DNA of 54,682 nt from an uncultured Clostridia bacterium. Lineage in GTDB: Bacteria > Bacillota > Clostridia > Christensenellales > Borkfalkiaceae. Shown here in pieces: positions 51,220 to 54,682 of the stretch. The first letter of the stretch is position 1; the number at the start of each line of letters is the position of its first letter. The stretch is from assembly GCA_947626305.1 (NCBI GenBank), contig CANQRP010000001.1, positions 1 through 54,682 on the forward strand. The letters are read 5' to 3'. Under the pieces are notes generated by a model. It did no database searches. It was not told the DNA's origin and worked only from the letters and a program-made list of their open reading frames with translations. The position numbers were made by a program, and so were the translations under genes.

Positions 51220-51981
51220 TTATTTGTTGCCCTCTGCGGGCGCATATCCGATCCAACGGTAGGATGCGCAAACGGGGAGCTCCGTTCCCTCGAACGCTCC
51301 GCTCCATCCGTCTACGCCCTTCGCATTCCAGACGTTCACCATGATCTGCGTCCTTGCCGACGGAATGTTCTCCGTCGCGCGGTGGACCGCGACCCCGTCC
51401 ACATACCAGATGATGGACTCCGGCTGCCAATCGAACGCATATTCGTGAAACTCATCCGCGCCGTCGAAGCCGAGAGAGTAGAGAAATTCATGTCCGCCCT
51501 CTCCCCCGGTGTAATAGTTGAACTGTATCTGCGTCGTGTCCTTTCCCAAAAACTCGATGTCAATCTCGTCCCAGGGTGTCCCCGTATAAGTAAAAAACGA
51601 GGAGATCACGCCGCTCGCTCTTGCCGCCTTCATGGAGACGGAGTAGAATCCGTAGGAATAGCATCCCCGCGAGCGGTACTCCGCGCCGCCGTACCCGCTC
51701 TCCTCCCGCGTGAGGGAGAGGGTCATGCTCTCTCCGCCGAAGGAAATATTGTCCTGTAAAAAGACACAATCGAAGGGGGGACCGTTGCGTCCCCTCCGCT
51801 TTTCGAACAGCGGAGACTCGCCCGCGGAAAACACCGCGATCTTTTCCCCTTCTTCGGTGCGCCGCGGCGGTGCGATCTCAGAGGGAAGGGTGCCGCCCTC
51901 TCCCGCGGGGCGGCAAGCGGAAAGTGCCCCCGCGCAGAACGCAAGTGCCGCCATGACGATAGCGATCCGTTTCCCGAACAT
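51220..51981 (-). CDS. GH16 beta-glucanase lipoprotein (single domain)
   Basis: Lipobox LAFCAGALSAC. TPWDEIDIEFLGKDTTQIQFNYY. GGAGGAG RBS. Confidence 0.9.
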   Translation of the reverse strand: MFGKRIAIVMAALAFCAGALSACRPAGEGGTLPSEIAPPRRTEEGEKIAVFSAGESPLFEKRRGRNGPPFDCVFLQDNISFGGESMTLSLTREESGYGGAEYRSRGCYSYGFYSVSMKAARASGVISSFFTYTGTPWDEIDIEFLGKDTTQIQFNYYTGGEGGHEFLYSLGFDGADEFHEYAFDWQPESIIWYVDGVAVHRATENIPSARTQIMVNVWNAKGVDGWSGAFEGTELPVCASYRWIGYAPAEGNK

Positions 51982-51992
51982 TTCTCCTCCCC

Positions 51993-52021
51993 ATTGTAAT
52001 AGGCGAAAAACATCCCGTCAA
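51993..52021 (-). promoter_or_regulatory. candidate promoter TTGACG-17-TACAAT whose -35 lies in the loop of the preceding terminator
   Basis: Coding-strand read TTGACGggatgtttttcgcctatTACAATggggaggagaaATG. The -10 ends only 11 nt before the GH16 ATG, so the assignment is doubtful. Confidence 0.3.
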
Positions 52022-52030
52022 GGGATGTTT
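52004..52030 (-). terminator. intrinsic terminator after the GHKL kinase gene
   Basis: Minus strand aaacatccc-ttgac-gggatgttt followed by tt; the T-run is partly inside the stem. Confidence 0.65.
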
Positions 52031-52049
52031 CCTAAACTGTCTTATTTTT

Positions 52050-53408
52050 TCACCGATTGTCTTCGGAAAAAATGATATTGAGGTGGAACACATCCCCCTT
52101 GGCAAAGGCGGACATTTCGCCGCCGTACTTGCGGGCGATGAGCCGCAGGCTCCGCATTCCGAAGCCGTGGTGATCTTTATCCCCCTTGGTGGTGACGGGA
52201 AGCCCGTCCTCGAATTCGAGCACGCCGTCGAAATAGTTCTCCTCCTGCACGAGAAGCAACCCATCCTTCTGTTTGACCACGAGGTCGATGATCCGACGGT
52301 TGGGCTCGGCGATGTTTTTGACCGCTTCGAGCGCGTTGTCCACAAGGTTGCCGAACAGACAATACAGGTCCCCTTCCTCGATAAAGGCGAGCTTTTCGCC
52401 GTCGATCATGCAGGACATGCTGATGCGGTTCTGTTCGCAGAAGAGGCTCTTTTCGGTGAGAAGCACATCGAGGAGCGGGCTGCCCGTTTCGATGCGGGAA
52501 TCGTAAATGGAGATGTTTTCGTTCAAGTCTTCGAGGGTGGGCGCGCCGCGCGCGGCGAGCATGCCGAGCTTATAGCGGATATCGTGGCACTTGATGTTGA
52601 TGAGGTCGATGGTGTCCTTCGAAATGCGATATTGCCGCTCGCTCTGGCGGATGGCGTATTTGAGATATTCCACTTCGCGGGAGAGTTCGTTCGCGACGAC
52701 CGTTTTCCCCGCAAGGAGGAAGACGATCACACAACAGACGACGGAAAAAACGTTGCCCGTCTGCCGCAGGACGACATGAACGGAACTCTCGAAGCGATTC
52801 TCCCTCACGGAACTCAATTGGGCGAAGTAGACGTCCTCGAAGGAGCAAAGAAGCACGGTGACGCCGAGCACGAACACGGTGATGGCGAGCATGCGGTGAT
52901 CGAGCCGACAGGCTTCGAGCCGCTTGTTCATTCCGCGGACAAAGCAAAAATAGACGGCAACGGCACACACGAGGAAGCAGGCATAATAGATAAGACGGTA
53001 ATAAAGGGCAAAAAACTCACCCCATGTATCAAAAATGCGATAAGCCTCTCCCGCCGTCCAGAATATGAGAAAGAGTTTGTATACGAGATTTTGCGCGGCA
53101 TAGGCGAGGGTACAGCGGAAGAGCAAGGCAAAAAACGGCTCGTCGAAGCACCAAAGCGAGAGCAGAATGACGGCGACGAAGAGGAAGAGATAGACAACGA
53201 TGCGCCCGGAGACATAGCGCACCCCGAACAGCGAGTAAAACCATGCAACGGGGATCCCGACCGCAAAGAGCTGGAGCAGGGAGAGCGGAAATTTCCACCA
53301 AAACCCGCGCGCGCGTTTGAGTTTGCGGAAAAACATGGCGCAAAAGACGAGGAGTTCCGCGAGGAATTCAGCGATCACGATGCCGTAGAGGCGAAAGATC
53401 TCACTCAT
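52050..53408 (-). CDS. GHKL-type sensor histidine kinase (AgrC/LytS-like, partner of the LytTR regulator)
   Basis: Six or more N-terminal TM segments, H-box-like KCHDIRYKL, C-terminal FGNLVDNALEA...HGFGMRSL. The ATG at 53408 overlaps the regulator stop; the ORF is open to 53441. Confidence 0.8.
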   Translation of the reverse strand: MSEIFRLYGIVIAEFLAELLVFCAMFFRKLKRARGFWWKFPLSLLQLFAVGIPVAWFYSLFGVRYVSGRIVVYLFLFVAVILLSLWCFDEPFFALLFRCTLAYAAQNLVYKLFLIFWTAGEAYRIFDTWGEFFALYYRLIYYACFLVCAVAVYFCFVRGMNKRLEACRLDHRMLAITVFVLGVTVLLCSFEDVYFAQLSSVRENRFESSVHVVLRQTGNVFSVVCCVIVFLLAGKTVVANELSREVEYLKYAIRQSERQYRISKDTIDLINIKCHDIRYKLGMLAARGAPTLEDLNENISIYDSRIETGSPLLDVLLTEKSLFCEQNRISMSCMIDGEKLAFIEEGDLYCLFGNLVDNALEAVKNIAEPNRRIIDLVVKQKDGLLLVQEENYFDGVLEFEDGLPVTTKGDKDHHGFGMRSLRLIARKYGGEMSAFAKGDVFHLNIIFSEDNR

Positions 53409-54120
53409 TTTTCCCCTCCGCGCCCGCGTACCAATCGGCAAGTTCCGCCAAAAACGCGTTGCGCCGCGGGCGGCTGATGGAGAGCGTTTCGCTGCCGACC
53501 TGCACGGACAGCCCCTTGATGCTCACGATAAACTTGGGGTTGACGAGATAACACTGGTTGCAGCGCAGAAAACCGAATTTTTTGAGTTCGTCCTCCACCT
53601 TGTAGAGCACCCCCGTGATCTCGATCACGTCGTCCACGAGATGATAATAGAGACGGTGGCGGACGATCTCCACATACATGAGTTTTTCGGTGGAGATGCG
53701 GCACAGTCCGCCCGCGGTATTCACCGTGATCGCCTGCTCGGCGTTCATGACGTAGATATCGAGCGCCTTGCGGAATTTGAGCGCGAAATCGTAATACTGC
53801 ACGGGCTTGATGAGATAGGCGACGGCGTCCACCTCATACCCCTTCTGCGCATACTGCATGAGGTTGGTGATGAAGATGATGGAGACCGTTTTGTCGATCG
53901 CCCTCAGATCGACTGCGGCGCTCATGCCGTCGCGGTGGGGCATCTGGATGTCCATGAACACGACGGAATAGAGCGGTTGATAGCCCGTTAAAAATTCGAC
54001 CGCATCGCGAAAGCGGACCACGTTGAATTGCTGCCCGCTGTTCTTTTCGTATTGCACGATATGCGCTTCGAGCGCCTGCGCGGCGATGTCCTCGTCCTCT
54101 ACAATGGCGATGTTCCTCAT
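53401..54120 (-). CDS. LytTR-family response regulator
   Basis: 239 aa from MRNIAIVEDEDIAA. REC VVFMDIQMPHRDG. C-terminal LytTR block FLRCNQCYLVNPKFI. The ORF-track extension to 54354 is rejected. Confidence 0.9.
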   Translation of the reverse strand: MRNIAIVEDEDIAAQALEAHIVQYEKNSGQQFNVVRFRDAVEFLTGYQPLYSVVFMDIQMPHRDGMSAAVDLRAIDKTVSIIFITNLMQYAQKGYEVDAVAYLIKPVQYYDFALKFRKALDIYVMNAEQAITVNTAGGLCRISTEKLMYVEIVRHRLYYHLVDDVIEITGVLYKVEDELKKFGFLRCNQCYLVNPKFIVSIKGLSVQVGSETLSISRPRRNAFLAELADWYAGAEGKNE

Positions 54121-54138
54121 AATTTCCCCTCTGATGGT

Positions 54139-54167
54139 ATCATAACAAATCCGCCCCGTCTTGTCAA
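54139..54167 (-). promoter_or_regulatory. sigma-A-type promoter TTGACA-17-TATGAT (TGn extended) for the LytTR/kinase operon
   Basis: Coding-strand read TTGACAagacggggcggatttgtTATGAT, immediately after the terminator of the upstream gene. Confidence 0.55.
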
Positions 54168-54168
54168 G

Positions 54169-54212
54169 AAAAAAATAAGCGCCCGCACAGCCGTTTCCGG
54201 CTGCGCGGGCGC
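54169..54212 (-). terminator. intrinsic terminator after the GH3-like gene
   Basis: 14-bp GC-rich stem (one mismatch) gcgcccgcgcagcc / ggctgtgcgggcgc, followed by ttaTTTTTTT on the minus strand. Confidence 0.75.
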
Positions 54213-54229
54213 GTTCGAGGGGAAGAATG

Positions 54230-54682
54230 TCAGCTGTTTTGCGCGGAACTTTCCGCCTTTTCGGGCTTCTTTCTGCCGCGCAGAATGGCTTTTGCGAGGA
54301 AGGTCGCCATGACCGCAACGCCCGCGGCGAGCGCGACCTCCACCAGCGCCACATACCAGATCCACGTCAGATCATAAGAAGCGCCCGCGCCGAGGTCGAT
54401 CTCCGCCGCATCGGGGTCAAACGCCGCCTCCGCCCGAAGCGTGTCGGTAAGCGTCCAGAGGACGTCGTGTGCAACGTGCTCGGCGATCTTATAGCCCGTA
54501 TCGTTCTTTATGGAGTTGAATACGGTGTTCGTGAGCCCGTTGGTGAGCCAAATATCGTTGCCCGCCCAAATTCCTCTGTAGGGGGGCATGTAGTCCTCGT
54601 TCGAATTCATCCAGTCGGTGACGATGGTGCCGTGGAAGCCCCATTCGCCGCGGACGATCTCGTTGACGAGCCCGTAGTTCGC
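54230..54682 (-). CDS. GH3-like glycoside hydrolase, C-terminal part only (5' end outside window), with C-terminal TM anchor
   Basis: The frame is open to the window edge. It reads ANYGLVNEIVRGEWGFHGTIVTDW (GH3 catalytic-Asp context), and ends in a hydrophobic WIWYVALVEVALAAGVAVMATFLA plus a basic tail. Confidence 0.55.
   Translation of the reverse strand, partial: ANYGLVNEIVRGEWGFHGTIVTDWMNSNEDYMPPYRGIWAGNDIWLTNGLTNTVFNSIKNDTGYKIAEHVAHDVLWTLTDTLRAEAAFDPDAAEIDLGAGASYDLTWIWYVALVEVALAAGVAVMATFLAKAILRGRKKPEKAESSAQNS

Noticed and set aside
48655-51759. 1034-aa plus-strand ORF spanning both GH16 genes
   Set aside because: It is antisense to two ORFs with unmistakable GH16 motifs and lipoprotein signals. 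Its translation is Arg/Gly/Ala/Val-rich low-complexity sequence typical of antisense frames in high-GC DNA, and it has no RBS.
53409-54354. Long N-terminal extensions of the kinase ORF (to 53441) and the LytTR ORF (to 54354)
   Set aside because: The extensions are Arg/Pro/Ala-rich. The LytTR extension runs through the predicted promoter and the upstream gene's terminator, and conserved receiver and TM N-termini begin at the internal ATGs.
1-54682. tRNA, rRNA, transposase, integrase, phage or recognisable defence-system genes
   Set aside because: None of the convincing ORFs or intergenic regions shows the corresponding signatures. Apart from the GIY-YIG island, no mobile-element hallmark was seen.

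Overview
High-GC, Gram-positive-type (probably Clostridia-like; inference from gene content) chromosomal segment, transcribed almost entirely from the minus strand. Contents in order. (1) 10-17092: a same-strand super-cluster for extracellular DNA degradation and deoxynucleoside catabolism (deoC-deoD-deoB-cdd, 5'-nucleotidase, pdp, tdk, endonuclease I, two unknown membrane proteins, a CUT1-type ABC importer, thermonuclease, an Ig/OB-like lipoprotein). (2) 17314-21553 (+): a hybrid histidine kinase with a translationally coupled orphan solute-binding protein. (3) 21753-30752: a secretin-less type IV pilus core locus, pilB-pilT-pilC-[GIY-YIG gene in a ~1-kb repeat island]-pilA-pilD-pilM-pilN-pilO. 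(4) 30908-38411: an operon encoding a Big_3-repeat membrane protein, a REC-HD-GYP-GGDEF regulator, an Hpt protein and a hybrid kinase. (5) 38709-42181: a second hybrid kinase plus orphan SBP pair. (6) 42262-48463: a minor-pilin operon behind a consensus promoter. Its visibly AT-rich 5' 4.4 kb reads as one giant modular pilin/adhesin gene broken by two in-frame TGA codons and three frame changes, two of them at A7 tracts. (7) 48760-54682: two GH16 beta-glucanase lipoproteins, a GHKL-kinase/LytTR two-component pair and a 5'-truncated GH3-like gene. No rRNA, tRNA, CRISPR array, transposase or integrase was recognised. The most notable items are the broken or possibly recoded pilus adhesin locus, the GIY-YIG repeat island inside the pilus operon, and a self-contained route from three hybrid kinases through one Hpt to a c-di-GMP enzyme, with an intact MshEN c-di-GMP receptor motif on PilB. 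All functional calls rest on motif recognition by eye; no database searches were run.
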